Shown here one piece after another: positions 49,939 through 62,926 of a stretch of DNA of 64,000 nucleotides. Position numbers and translations under genes: made by a program. The notes under the pieces were generated by a model, which was given only the letters and a program-made list of their open reading frames with translations, was not told where the DNA came from and ran no database searches. The DNA is from Vezdaea acicularis (lineage: Eukaryota), in the NCBI GenBank assembly GCA_026025075.1, contig JAPEUI010000011.1:124001-188000 (forward strand). Direction: 5' to 3'. Position 1 is the first letter of the stretch. Each line of letters opens with the position of its first letter.

Positions 49939-51513
49939 ATGGATATTCTGCAGGTGAGACCCGCTCTAAATCCTCTTTATCATCGTGTCTAAATAAAAGC
50001 TGGTAGCGCCTTGCGCAGGCCCTTGATAGGCCGCTCTTTCCATGGAAGACACTCATTGTCGGCTTTTCTCTGGGACAATATGCTTTTGAAAGCTATCTCT
50101 CCTGGCGTCAGTATAAAGTTCTCCAGCAAAAGAAACCGCCGAAAGCACTCGAGTCCGAAGTATCTCAAGAGGTGTTCGATAAAAGTCAGGTAGGCAATCA
50201 TCTCAAGCTTGACGATGCTCCAAGCTCAGATATATCTTCACAGGCATACGGGCGCGCAAAGTCTAAGTTCGGTTTCGTCAGTGCTCTTTACGGCCAGGTT
50301 CAGAATCTAGCAGTCATATATGGAGACTTTCTTCCGAAAATATGGGCACTCACGGGGGTCTGGCTTGCTCGCTATGCCCCAACCCGGTTTTCGGGCGAAA
50401 TATCGCATACGCTGATCTTCTTTTTCACCTTCAACATCATCCAGACAATACTGTCCTTACCGACCTCTTACTACAGTACATTTGTCCTCGAAGAGAAGTT
50501 TGGCTTCAACAAACAGACGAGGACTTTGTTTTTCACAGATCTACTGAAGGGCCAGGCACTGATGGCTGTCCTTGGGGGTCCCATCTTGAGTGCTTTCCTG
50601 GCTATCATTCAAAAAACCGGCAACAGCTTCTTCTACTACCTTTGGCTGTTCGGGATTGGCGTCCAGGTTTTCATGATCACCATTTACCCCATCGTGATCC
50701 TTCCGCTTTTCAACAAATTATCTCCTCTGGAGCCAGGTGCTCTAAAGACAGGGGTCGAGAACTTGGCGAAGCGTCTTAAATTCCCTCTAAGTGAGCTTCA
50801 TGTCATTGATGGAAGTAAACGTAGTGCACACAGTAACGCATACTTCTATGGCCTACCGTGGAAGAAGCACATTGTCATCTACGATACTCTTATTGAAAAG
50901 AGCGATCCGGAGGAGGTGGTCGCGGTATTGAGCCATGAGCTTGGTCACTGGAGTTTGAGCCATACAACAAAGCTCTTTGGCATTGCTCAGGTGAATACAT
51001 GAAATTTTTGAGATCATACGAGCTTGAGCTAACGAAAGCTCAGTTCCATATGTTCTACATATTCGCCCTCTTCTCTGTGTTTATCAACAATCGTTCGCTC
51101 TATCAATCGTTCGGTTTCTTCAACGAGTTTCCGATTATTATTGGCTTTATTCTGTTCTCTGACGCCTTGGCCCCTATGGATACGGTGGTCAAGCTTCTGA
51201 TGAACGTTCTTAGCCGTAAATTCGAGTTTGAAGCGGGTATGGTGCTATGAAGTTGAACTTAAATAAGTATGCTAACTCATATGCAGACGCATTTGCCATG
51301 AAACTTGGCTACTCTACCGAACTCGCCAAGTCCTTGATCAAACTTCAGATTCAGAACCTCAGCACAATGGATGCTGACTGGGTTTATGCAAGCTATCACT
51401 TCTCCCACCCAATCTTGACAGAACGCCTGGGAGCGATCGGATACTACGGTGAGAAGAGTGTCTCTTCAAAGCAGGACGAGAAGGTCATCCAAGCAAAAGA
51501 TCGGGAGTTATGA
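49939..51513 (+). CDS. STE24: CAAX prenyl protease 1 (M48 zinc metalloprotease)
   Basis: MDILQ|RLAQALDRPLFPWK start, EEKFGFNKQT, DGSKRSAHSNAYFYG, HELGH (HExxH), SRKFEFEAD and SHP.L.ERL. Four introns. Confidence 0.96.
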
Positions 51514-51649
51514 CGAGTTCCACTTCGAGTTCATCAACAATAAAAGCTGGGAATATAGAATAGGGTCACCATACCATAGAAAAGTCTCTCTTCTTGGATA
51601 CATAAGATGAATCATGTTGATTATTACTGCCGCCTCGACTAATGAGAAG

Positions 51650-52180
51650 CTAATGCTCCTCTGCGGCCCGCTCCCGCTCTCGCCTCCCACGCTTCTGTTT
51701 ACTCCTCCGTTCGTTCTTCAGCCTCTTCCTCTCTGCTTTATCGATTCGGTCGTGAGACATTTGGTTACTGGAGTTTGTAATGTCGCCTTCTCTTCCTAGG
51801 ACATCGCCGCCCTCAATACTCTGCTCCCGCTGATATGTCTCTAAATCCTGCCAATCCCCCTCTGCGCCTCCGTGCGGGACTTGGTTCAGCGCATCTGCAG
51901 TAGGTAGATTGGGTTCATCACTTTGACTGAAATCCGTAGGATCTGGTGCCAAACGCTCCCCACGAAGGCCAACCTCGATTCGACGCAGGTTGTGAAGAAC
52001 GAGACCGCCTGCATGTGTGCTGCTAGATTCTTGAGGTCCTTGGTCCGTTAGGCGGGCGTTCGGTCGGAGGTAATGTTGCTCGTTTGCTTCGGAGAGATAT
52101 TCTTGAACCAATTTTAGAGCCTCAGACTGAGAAATTTGACGAATTGCATGCGTAACTTGTGGTGCATATGAATGTGACAT
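51650..52180 (-). CDS. Probable RNA polymerase I subunit Rpa14-like protein
   Basis: Single-exon 176 aa; ISQSEALKLVQEYL.. and LHNLRRIEVGLRGE resemble the two conserved helices of fungal Rpa14; basic C-terminal tail. Family assignment is from recollection, not a search. Confidence 0.55.
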   Translation of the reverse strand: MSHSYAPQVTHAIRQISQSEALKLVQEYLSEANEQHYLRPNARLTDQGPQESSSTHAGGLVLHNLRRIEVGLRGERLAPDPTDFSQSDEPNLPTADALNQVPHGGAEGDWQDLETYQREQSIEGGDVLGREGDITNSSNQMSHDRIDKAERKRLKNERRSKQKRGRRERERAAEEH

Positions 52181-52335
52181 TGTGATACGCCCTTGGCTGG
52201 CTTCTGAAGTGTTTTAGGTATTTAAGGTTGCGCAGATCTCATTAGCGACATGTCGTTAATGGCATCGTGGACATTAGCGGTTCCCCTTCAAAACCACTAG
52301 AACAATTGGTCAGCTCTTAGGGAGCGCCTGGAGCA

Positions 52336-52752
52336 ATGCTCACGAACTCGTCATGCCTTAGAATGTCGTTAAGGTCGGCCCAGAGAATTCATAAGAGGTG
52401 AATATGGTCAGCTCCATCATTGGACCCACGCTTACCTTACAGGGCCTTCACATCTCGCTCTCTCCTTCGTCCGCGCACACTCCCTATGCACCTCGAAGCG
52501 CCATCTTCGACACAAAAAACCTTGACAGTAACCTCTCCTGGCTCAACAATAGCCGTAGACTTGCTACCGAGAGTCTCTACCCATCCTGCATTGCGAGCTC
52601 TGCAAGTCCGAAATGGGCCACGCGATACGTACGACCCCAGCCATCGGATTCGAAAGAGGAGACACGGATTCTTATCTCGAGTGCGAACAAGAAAAGGAAG
52701 GAAGATACTAGCAAGGAGGAGGCTCAAGCGGCGAACAACACTGAGTCATTAG
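52336..52752 (+). CDS. Mitochondrial ribosomal protein L34 (bL34m)
   Basis: Presequence-like exon 1, intron 52398-52442, then TYDPSHRIRKRRHGFLSRVRTRKGRKILARRRLKRRTTLSH (L34 signature). Confidence 0.93.
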
Positions 52753-54985
52753 GAAGAATGGGGAAAATGTATTATGCTGGACCAAGTAGACTCTGAGGAT
52801 CAAGGAGGACTTATAAACAATAACAAGGTGGATTACTAGACATTAGTGGTTATGAGTGTGGCTTTGAAACAAATCTTAGCATATACAGTCCAGTTTATTA
52901 AGCTATGGCTTTGGCATAAACGCCTAGCCCTTTCCTCCAAATCCTTGTCAAAGGATACTCAATCTCATAACGTGGATAAAGACCTCTGCGGCGTGCTCAA
53001 GTATTCTTCTAGTAGCTAAGATTACTATCAGAATATGAACGTTTCAAATTTTGTTCTCATTGGTTCTGGTTACGCTGGTCTAGGCCAGTGATGGTCGCAT
53101 CTCTAGTCAAGGCAGCGATTGAGCTATCAAGGACAGCGCGGCAACTCAGGAGGTTACAAGCCCAGTCAGGTGTGAACAATTTTCTGTTGCTCCGTTCTCC
53201 GTGGGCGCCATCCTGGGGTTCTGGTAGCATATCCCCCGACAGCACCAGGCAAGGTGGTAGTTGACTCAAGATTAACATCTTTTTGGCCATCTCTTTGACC
53301 TTATCCAGGTCGTGAAGGAAGCCCAAACAGGGTTTGCTGGACGTGGTGGATGACTTTGTGACAAGGGGGTTACGCAGGGAGTCCTACCAAAAGTTCTATC
53401 TTGACTAAAGGTCGCGTGTTCGAACCTTAGTGGGAGTCAAAATGATTTTCTATGAAAATTATACCCATCGTCCAGCCTTGTAGAGCTCATGGTCTATGTG
53501 ATGCATAGTGCATCACAAAAAACGGGATCTATACTAGCGTTCCTCTATTTGCAAACGTATGCCCTCACGCGCATTGATGGCAGCTGGTAACTAAGCAGCG
53601 CCTGATCTGGGATAGCGACAAAACTTATCCAAGGACGGGCCTTCTTTCTCTCTCCAACGCCCCCTTTCCCCAACGCAATCGTTCCCTTAAACGTACTCAC
53701 CCCTTCCAGATAGAGAGACATTGCTAATTAAATAGTATACTTCTAAGACAACTTGACACCTTTCCCAAAACTATGGTAAGCTGAGCTTTCGCTCTGACTC
53801 CATACCTTCCTCGTGCATTTCTTAGTTGACTGATCATGCAAGAGATCTTTATAGTAATTCTCCTACCTGATCCACCAGTCCTCTCGCCGGCCCGGAGATA
53901 GCACCCATCTTGATGGCAGCTAGTGCACTGAGCAACACGTCACGTGAGAACGGAATAAAAGTCATCTAAGGATGCACCCACATATTGCTCATCCTTACAC
54001 CAACCCTCCCTACTACCACCCCTGACTTTGGATAAGAGACGCATTACTGGTTGGTAATTCTCCAATAATCTAGCATTTTGGCGTCTTTTCTACCACAACA
54101 TCTTCAAGCATTCCTCATCATTGATCACTGAGGGTGATCTATAATCAGGTCAGATATTTTCTCTTCTCTTCTTTTCATCTCCCTACGTAAAAGTAAAAGC
54201 TCGATGAAAAGAAGGTCTTGCCGATATTATACATCGGTTGGCCACTTTCCATAGTGAGGTGATAAAGTTCCGAACCTTCACTTGATTTACTTTTCAGTTC
54301 TACAGACGGTGCCTTTCAACCTTAACCCCACTACTGATCATGAGCCAATCTATGAGATTACTTCTCAATGAAGGCATAAGCTTATTTTGAGATTTGTTCC
54401 CGGGAGTTGCTTATCAATAATCATCTCTAGTGAGGTGATGAATTGCCACAATCAAGTTCGGTCAATTTTTGTCCTTTCCTCATATTTTCACCGTATCTTT
54501 CTTTCTTAGAAACCGTTTCTAATCATATCTCTATTCTTAGGAGAAGGCCACAGCGCATTTCTCCTCAGTGAAGGTCAGACATTGCGACTTGGTCTCGTTA
54601 CGAACTGAGGTGAGGCATAGCCTAGGCTTGTGACGAGGTTGTATTGCTATGGCTACACTGCTCGAGCACAAGAGCAAAGGCCCACTGTGGTCATGATTTT
54701 GGATATTTTCCTTCCCTCGCACCGTTGCTGCAGTAGTGTTGTTGGGGGCTCTCTTTCTCTCCGTAGCAACACCGCGCCCCCTCAAGCTACGCATGGGGTA
54801 ACCTTAGGGAGCTATTGCGGCTTCTTCAGCTTCCCTGTGTTGCAGACTTCAGGTCCTCTCATTCGGACTTTGCATCTGCACCAAAATCTGGCACATTACT
54901 TTCTCCAGATACAATCCGTAGCTTTAATCTAACGGGAAGAATTGCTGACTGAATCCTTTAGCAGAAATATCAAGCTTGATTGGCC

Positions 54986-57205
54986 ATGAAGTGCGTTGAT
55001 GACCGACTTTCAAGGGTCGATGGAAATGGCAATGGGGTTGCGGAGGTTTGCGTCTTCGTCGCGAACAGAGACACCAAATGCCAAGAATATGGTCATCTAA
55101 TTAATGATTCTTATCTTTCTTGCTACATTGCTCTAGAAACGGACGACAAGATCGAAGTCGTCTGTTTACTAGAGGACAAGAAGTGCTTTTACACCGTTGA
55201 CTTGCTGGTAGATGGACTGCTCTGCAGGACCATGCTTTTCAAACCCAAGAAAAAAGCGAGGTTTCCAACCACATTTGATACAATAATTGGCAGGAAGACT
55301 GCAGCAAGAAACTGGACTAAAGGCGAGATGGTTATTGAGGCCGTCTCTGATGCTGTAGAGGTGTCTACAGTTGGCCATTTCCCAAAAATAGGAATCATTG
55401 AGGTAATGGTATACCGCGGCGACCCGGGCAGCGTAAATACACCTTCCTGCAAAAACCTAGCACCGAGTGTTATGGGAAACACCTTTTATCCGCCAAAGCA
55501 AGAACCTCATCCAGAAATCTTACCAAAACACAGGGTGATGTGAGTACCGTCCTCGCCCCTGCGCTCATTGCGAGGATATAGCGAGGTAACAGCAATGATC
55601 ATGCGTTAACGTGGCTGGCTTCTATAGTGTCACTGACGAAATCGAAATGAAGGCGTCAGCGTGTACTAGAGCAAGAAGGGACTTCGCTGCCGATCGTCCT
55701 GGGAATGGTCCTTGGGCTACCTTCTGCTTTTTATATAGAAGTTTGGGTAGGCTCACTGCGTTGATTTGTTGCATTTGCTCGCTAAAAAGTCATAGAATCG
55801 ATCCAAGGCTGTCCCACACGTACTTTGAAGGCTTCCTCAAGTCTTTTACACTTCTGTTCATCCGCCCCAACGCTTCCTCTCACGAGTCAAACCGACGGCC
55901 TTTTCGTTCAGAGAGGGGAAAATGAAAGCAGTGAAGATGAGGACACAGAAGAGTCTGATGGTCAAGAACAAGTAGATGAAGCGCAATCACAAGCCCAGGG
56001 AAGGCATATCACTCAACCAAATGCTGTCAAGAACAAATCAGTCTCGGCTTCAGGCGAAATCGCTATTCCTTCAGCCCATGGTAGATATCGATTTGCGCAG
56101 TCAGAACTCATCCCCAGAGAGGATTCTCCTACGTTGTCGGGCTCTACCAAAACTTCAGAAATAAAGACAGAAGAACCGGTTAAGTCCACAATCCAAATAA
56201 GACCGATGGAGAACGTTCCTAGGGATACCTCGCTGCAGCCAAGCCAAACCTCAACCGAGAGCATAGCTTCATCAAGCTTCGACAGTATTCAATGTTGTCC
56301 CCTTTCATTTTGCCAAATCAATATACCCAGAGGTAACCCCCAAACCACAGAGAAAGATGGGTATGAATCTCGAATTCAAGCCGGAAAGCGACCCAAGCAG
56401 GTGACTGAGAAGGAAACCGAGGCGGTAACTGATGAGTTAACAGAAGAGACAACTAAGAAGAGGTCCGAACAACAAACCAGCGAGACCGAGAAGGAACTTC
56501 GGGAAGAAAATCCGCCCGCTGCTCTCGATCACCTTGAAAAAACTTTTGCGACACATAATCTTGATGAATCTCATGAAAAAATGCACAACCTGGCTCAGAA
56601 ATTAATTCAGACCCCTCTCCAGCCGAAAGCTCAGTCTGAGAATCCCGCGTTTGCCAGCTCCCACTCCTACTCCCAGACTCAGACAACACTGCAACATTCA
56701 ACTCTACCAACTACTGATGTGGCACCTTATCAAGTCGCTCTCGTGCCTTGTAAGTCAGATTCCCTCAAACGCGCCAGCTCTGCTGGGCGACCAGAAGGAG
56801 AACCTGATGCAAAGAGGGCCTGTAAGTCAACTTCGCCAAAATCTGGGGATATCGAGGCGCTAAAGGCCAAAATCAACGAGACCAAAAAAAGAGGCTTGAA
56901 GAAGCAGGAGGAGAACAGGAAAATGATTGCAAAGATCGAGGCAAGTGAAGCGGAGAGAACTCTTAGGGTGAGGCGTGAAATGTTATAGCTCTGGAGGCAC
57001 GTACTGACGTGGTGCTCACAGAAGGAGTTTGCTGCTCTGCAAAAGCAACTTGTGGAAGCCGATCGCTTTCTTGCTGAGCAGGATGAAGAGGAAAAAAGAC
57101 TGAAAGTGAGCACTAGGGACTTCTGATCCCTCGTCCCCTAGCGGGTTCATAAGTACTGACTACATGCAGCGACTTGACGAAGAAGCGAGTGACATGGAGG
57201 AGTGA
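54986..57205 (+). CDS. Hypothetical protein: N-terminal beta-rich domain (EY..GIIEVMVYR..ATFCFLYRS), disordered middle, C-terminal coiled coil
   Basis: ORFs 54980-55543, 55611-55925 and 55825-56988 plus small 3' exons 57022-57105 and 57170-57205 joined by GT/AG introns with CTGAC branch points. Internal junctions are approximate. Confidence 0.65.
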
Positions 57206-58401
57206 TAGAAGCAGCGATTGTAGCATCAACCTTTTCCATGGATCTAGTACGTTCGTGGCTCCCATGAAAGGTGGAATATACATGGAACATGCATATGGAT
57301 AATACAAATTGATCAAAGATATACATTAACCTTAGCTATCATGTCGTGTTCAGACGTCTCACAGGAGAGTGATTATATATATATGTCTGATGTATGGGAA
57401 CAACAACGCATTTTTAGATGCTCTCGATCTTCCTCGTAATAGTTGAGGCCTCTCCTGCCATGCGCATTCATCAAATATACCAGCAGTCACCATTTACAGG
57501 AGTGATGTAGGGGTCATCTTGACCTTAAATACCTTCTCAAACCGCTCTCGGATATTAGGTACCTGTACTTTTAGGAGATTTAAAGGGTTCGCAATACCAC
57601 TCAGCGTCTGCTCTCGTATACTTGCTCAAAATAAGGAGAGATCACAATATCATAAGACAACAACTTCGAATACAAGCAACTGGCTATAGTCCAACAAGCA
57701 ATGTGCGTTCTTCGAATGAGGTGATGCTTGCTCTTCTGTTGAGTCAGGTGAGGGCTTACTGAGTTCGAGCTGTAGCCTTACCCTATCTCTTTATCCTCAC
57801 AAGCGACCCAACAAGGATCATCCCGGCAACTCACTTTTTACTCCTAAACACCACTGTTTGAGGTCCAAGGCTAGAGCTATCCCAATACCAAGTTGACATT
57901 CCATTCTCACTTGCACAGATCCAGGTATCTTCAAGCAGATCCTGAAAAGTGCCACGAATGGGCGCATCCAGTTGTGAAACGCGCTTTTTGGCAAGGCATA
58001 AAGGCGCCGGATAAATTGATACAGTATTATACCTCGCTGCCAGCAGCAACGCCACAATGGTATATAGAACCATGTAGGATCCATGTTTCACATTCCTCTC
58101 TCGGGCCGCTTCTAGAAGGTGGGTGGGTGTTTGAGAATACGAATTGAGCCTTACGTATGAAAGCTGACGTATACATGGATGTGCACATGTTAATGCAATA
58201 TCAAAGTTGTGCAGGTGAAGTTCGTGGGAGCAATTTAGGCTTGTAGATACAACTAGGGGCTCACTAGATTTTTTGCATCAAGCTCGAAAGTAAAGTAGGG
58301 GTATCTTGTTACTCAGAATGCACCAACGCCAAAATCTTGCCCAAATATACCCAAAGAGTAAACCAGAATGAAATCAAAGAGTCGAAAAGCAAACACTCAT
58401 T

Positions 58402-60222
58402 TCATCCGGGCGATAAGCCTCGTGGAGTGACCGGTAAAGACTTATTTGTTGTTAGAGCGACTGGCAGCGACATTTGCCCAGAGCTCTCTCGAAGGATTTC
58501 GGTCGTCTCTGGCTCATGCATGGCATATCGTGATTGTGGGGGGCAAGTTGTAAGACTAGTGCGTACGCTGGAAAACTCGCGTGCGTAGTCTGGTCGTGCA
58601 TTGCGCATCAACGGGATGTGTCTTGCTGATACATCTCGCACGGAAGGGACATGCTGAAGATCGTATTGTCTATCAAAGTCACGATAAGGGTCCTGGAACG
58701 CAACCACGCGTTGAACACTCTTTGGCTCATTTCGTGAGACAGGCTCGGTTTTAACATGCTGTGTTGTGATGTTTGTTAAGGGTTGTCTCATTGAAGAAGG
58801 TTCGTCAAGACTTACTAGATCCGTCCTTATATGTACGCTGTGCTTCGGATAGTCATCTTCACTGCTGCTAGAACCATTACTAGCCTGCTTCGAGTGCAAG
58901 CTATTTCCTTTGCCAGCAGAGAAAGCTGATGACCTAGTCCCTTCGAATGCAGAAGGGGTATGAGACCCAAACCTCACATGTTTGTTACGCCCCCTAGAAT
59001 GCTCGGGTTGATCACCAGATGCGTAGCCACGGCCATATCCACCAGAGCTGTAGGATCCGTTTGCCCTAGTAAACAGTGCTTTGAAGCTAGCAAGCGAACA
59101 TACGATGACGGCTGTGAAAAATGATAATAATTAATAGAGTCCGGTGAGGTGAAGGCCTCAAGTTCAGAGGAAGACGGCTTACCAACAGAGGACTCAATGG
59201 CTGACCAGGTGGCCAACCATGTAGGCTCAGGATGTGTTCCGGTAGTGTTTGTAACGATGACTCGAATGATCGCGAATACGATGATGATGATCCCCAGCGA
59301 GAATATACCTGCTAGAGCCCATTTTCTATTTAACAATCAGCACTATTTTCATGTAGAAAATTTGACGAAGGCTGCTCACTGTCGAGGGGTAATCTTCACC
59401 TTCCACAAGAGATGGATCGGCAACGCAATGACTACGTAATATTGAGTATAATTTTTATGGGATAGATTTGTACAAAGTCATACTCATCATATCGGAAAGG
59501 ACATCGACGCTAGTGGAAAGCTTCAGACTGAGAAGTGAAAGGTCCACGTTGCGCTTCGTACTGCACGCTCCTGTTTTGAATAAGTACTTTGTTAAGGTGG
59601 CTCAGACAGTTTTCACCTACCAAGGACAAATGAAGAACATGATATCGGATAGCTAATAACACACCTTCTTTGCTGTCAGCGTTGTCGGTACAGTTGGTGG
59701 TTTTGTGGATAGGGGCTTACCCTATGTAAGATAAGATCACAAATCCGAGCACAAACCACCAAGCGTATTGTTGACCTGACAGGCCAGAGCTCAGTCTTCG
59801 AAAGAAGGCCAAGAAAGAGAGTTTGACTGTCCAAAGAACGGACCAGAACAGCAGCGTCAGGGCAAACTGGAGCTTGAGGTACAGGCTGGCAACGGCCAGA
59901 AAATCCTCCTTAGGTGGCTGCAACCCCGAGGCAACCCTTACTATAGTGAACATCGGCATAATACAGTACTGATAGGTGACTGCAGAAGCCACTAGCAAAA
60001 ACAGGGCCACAAGGACCAGAATGTCGTCCGAGTATATGCGCCCAAACATTCGTACGCGAATGGCCATGCGAGCCACGGTAAAAAACACTGCGAACGCTGC
60101 TCCAGCCCAGACCACACCCTTGGAGAAGGAATTAGTCTTGTGCAAAATTCATGCGCGCAAACATCGAGGCATACCTCGAGTGTGCGCTCGGTCACGGTTG
60201 GCGGACGCTCGGTTGAAGCCAT
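58402..60222 (-). CDS. PTH11-like/fungal rhodopsin-domain integral membrane protein
   Basis: ARMAIRVRMFGRIYSDDILV, LWTVKLSFLAFFRRL, D.LSDM, ALPIHLLWKVKI, GIFSLGIIIIVFAIIRV and WSAIESSVAVIV motifs. Several short introns; Ser-rich tail ends at TGA 58402. Confidence 0.88.
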
Positions 60223-62926
60223 TGCACGAAGCGTTTATCAGCCTATCTGATGCGAAATTGTATTGCGGGTCTCAATAACCGTGCACCTGAGATATGAGCA
60301 AGACAGTTGCAATAAGCAGAGTATTAATTAAAAGAGATTGAAGGAAAATGAGATGAGGAAATAGCAAGTCCATATAACAAAGCCCTCTTCTCTACGATGA
60401 TACAAGATCTCCTAGCTAGAGTTCCCCGCTTCTTCTGCGACAATGCAGGGGTTTTGGGCTCCATGATATGAGAGGCAACTGCGCTCATAATGGTGGTGAA
60501 GCAAGCCCGGCCTTTGAAGAATAGTGTTCTCTCGTCCAGTCCACTCATCCTAGAAATTGCATAAGGTGGACTCGGTCTTCATCCGGCTTGCCAGCAAGGC
60601 ATAAGAACCTTATTGTGAAACGACCAAGTGAAAGCGGGAAATCAGGAAACGAGAGGCTCGAGAAATTGGTGAGAGTAGGGTACAGTATACCCTGTCATAA
60701 AGGCTGACATTCAATGTCAGTCCAGCTCTGCATGTAAGAGAGAATCTCGAGATTTCCCTCATATAATGAACCGAAATCAACAAGCTTTTACACTTATCAG
60801 CAGAGTACCAACTATCCGAACGGTACACATGCTCTACTGCCTCAACAGTAAAAGCTACTAGCCCCTTACCAGAGTTTGCGGTCACGTCATCTAGCGTCGT
60901 CGAAAAGTGCCAGCCTAAATTGATGCTCAATGAATACAGTCGGCTGTCCACTGCTGGCCAGATGCGAAGGCCAAGATCAACGATGAGACATCAATTCTCC
61001 TCATAGCGGAACCGATCATTGAGCTTATCGGAACAACACTGGAGAAGGGGGAAAGACGAATCTCTGCCGTCCTATGAGGTGAATCTTGAGACTCCGTGTG
61101 GGTGTTTGGTCATATGGATGAGGTTCCCTGTCCGTACCGAAGAGGCGCATCCTCCGTGGAGTGGTCAGTGCGAGCCTCAAGTCTCCCGTAAATCCGAACA
61201 CTTTAACCGCAAGAATGCTTGTCTAGGGAAGTCACCGTGGAAGCATGAATCTTGGTACATGAAACATGCCAGGGTGAAGTGGAGAGAAGGTTCCTCTCAC
61301 GTTCGAGAACGCCATACAGCTAGGTATAGAGTGTTGGCACAAGAACCAACCCCATCACCACATTTACTTTCGATTGCCCGGGCCGGGGATAGACATCTCT
61401 GACGCGTGGGCCAGGCTAAAATAATGCTCAGGAGGCCATGAAGACAGAAGGATGACCTCGAGAAAGACCGAAAGGAAAACCACAAAGCGAGTTTTTTGGG
61501 CGATCGCCAACCCGAAGCGTCGCGTTCACTTTTGCCGACCTCCTGTAGATAGTCACTCTTTGATCAACATGGGCTCAAATAGTTCTTTCCTGGGATTCTT
61601 GGTTAATGCGGCATATTGGGTTCAAGCACCAAATTGAAGTCTGTGCAACGACACTCAATGCAGCACCTCCACCCAAAACTGTCAAGAAATTATCTTGATG
61701 GTAATTTGCATAGCCCACAGGCGTCTCTGTGCAAGTTTGACTTTTGGTGTATAAAGTTAAAGACAAGGTCCGAAAGCTTATTGCTTGAACCGTGCTTTCA
61801 AGTGCGGTTCTCAGTCCCTAGTCCCTACCTAGCTAGTGCACGAAAGAACTCCATCAAAGGTCGCAAAACACTGTCGAACGCACTAGTATAAAATCCCGCG
61901 ATACCCTTGATCCGTCAAAGAGGGGATCAGTGTTAAGTGTGTCTCATATTCAGATAGACTTCACGAATCAGTGAGCGAGGAAAGTTTACTAACTAGTGGT
62001 TTTCAGGCAATCCCGCACAATCAGGAGTTCGGCTTCTGTGCATAGAGCAATACTGGACGATATGTATCACTGTGTGCACTGGGAGAAAGGGTGCAAGAAG
62101 CTGTATGAGGCTAAAGGATAGAAGATCAGATGGGCAAAAACACTCTACGTTACAGTAATCCACTGGCATTGTGATGGTCTAGTGATTTAGCCACGGATAT
62201 GGGTATCGTGTTTACATTGGATCCCCTCCCTTTTCACTGCCGCAGAGCGAAGCTTGAACTGCCTACAACACGTGGGATTGGATCAAAAGCACCAAAGACA
62301 TAAGTGATCGGTCCCTGGGAGACCTAAGAGCAGCCAGCGCGTAAAAAAATAGTTTACGATCAGATCAACTGGCGCACAAAACGACGCTATGCGAGCATCT
62401 TAGTAGGGTACTATGGGCTACGCAATACTCATGTCAAGAACCAACTTTGCACATTGGGGTCCCGCCCAGGCATATAGGAGGAGCGGTCCTGGGTCTTTGA
62501 CCACACCAATGTCCGTTGCAGAGCATGCCCCACTCCGAGAGCCTTCTCCTACTAGCAACATGGCGAATTTGAGGGGATTGTGTGCGCTTGCTGGTACTGA
62601 GCGGGTACGTTCGTGCCCCGTTCACCTTCGGCGGAATTGCTTGGGACCAAGTCGCGCAAGCCTACCCATCTTCACATTGCTGGGTGCAGGCGATTTCCAT
62701 AATTACGAGCAGAAATCCGTTTGACAGTTCAATTACAGGCGCTTGATGCTGATTTCCGTTGCCTATACAAAGTCTCAAAGGACCCGGACTTACACGAAAG
62801 ATTCAATCAATCTTTATCGTGGAGTTCATTCCTTTATAACCAGGCCACGCATCCTATTCGTTATTCTGTATTAATTGTGCTTTTCCTTTTTGGACCCTTA
62901 CACTCCTTTTATAGCATTTAGCCAAT

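Noticed and set aside
53405..53440. tRNA-like fragment AAGGTCGCGTGTTCGAACC
   Set aside because: Resembles a T-arm or B box, but the T-stem is incomplete and no acceptor, D or anticodon arms can be built.
53497..53517. Perfect 9-bp hairpin TGTGATGCA-TAG-TGCATCACA
   Set aside because: Isolated short palindrome with no context; compatible with chance in 64 kb.
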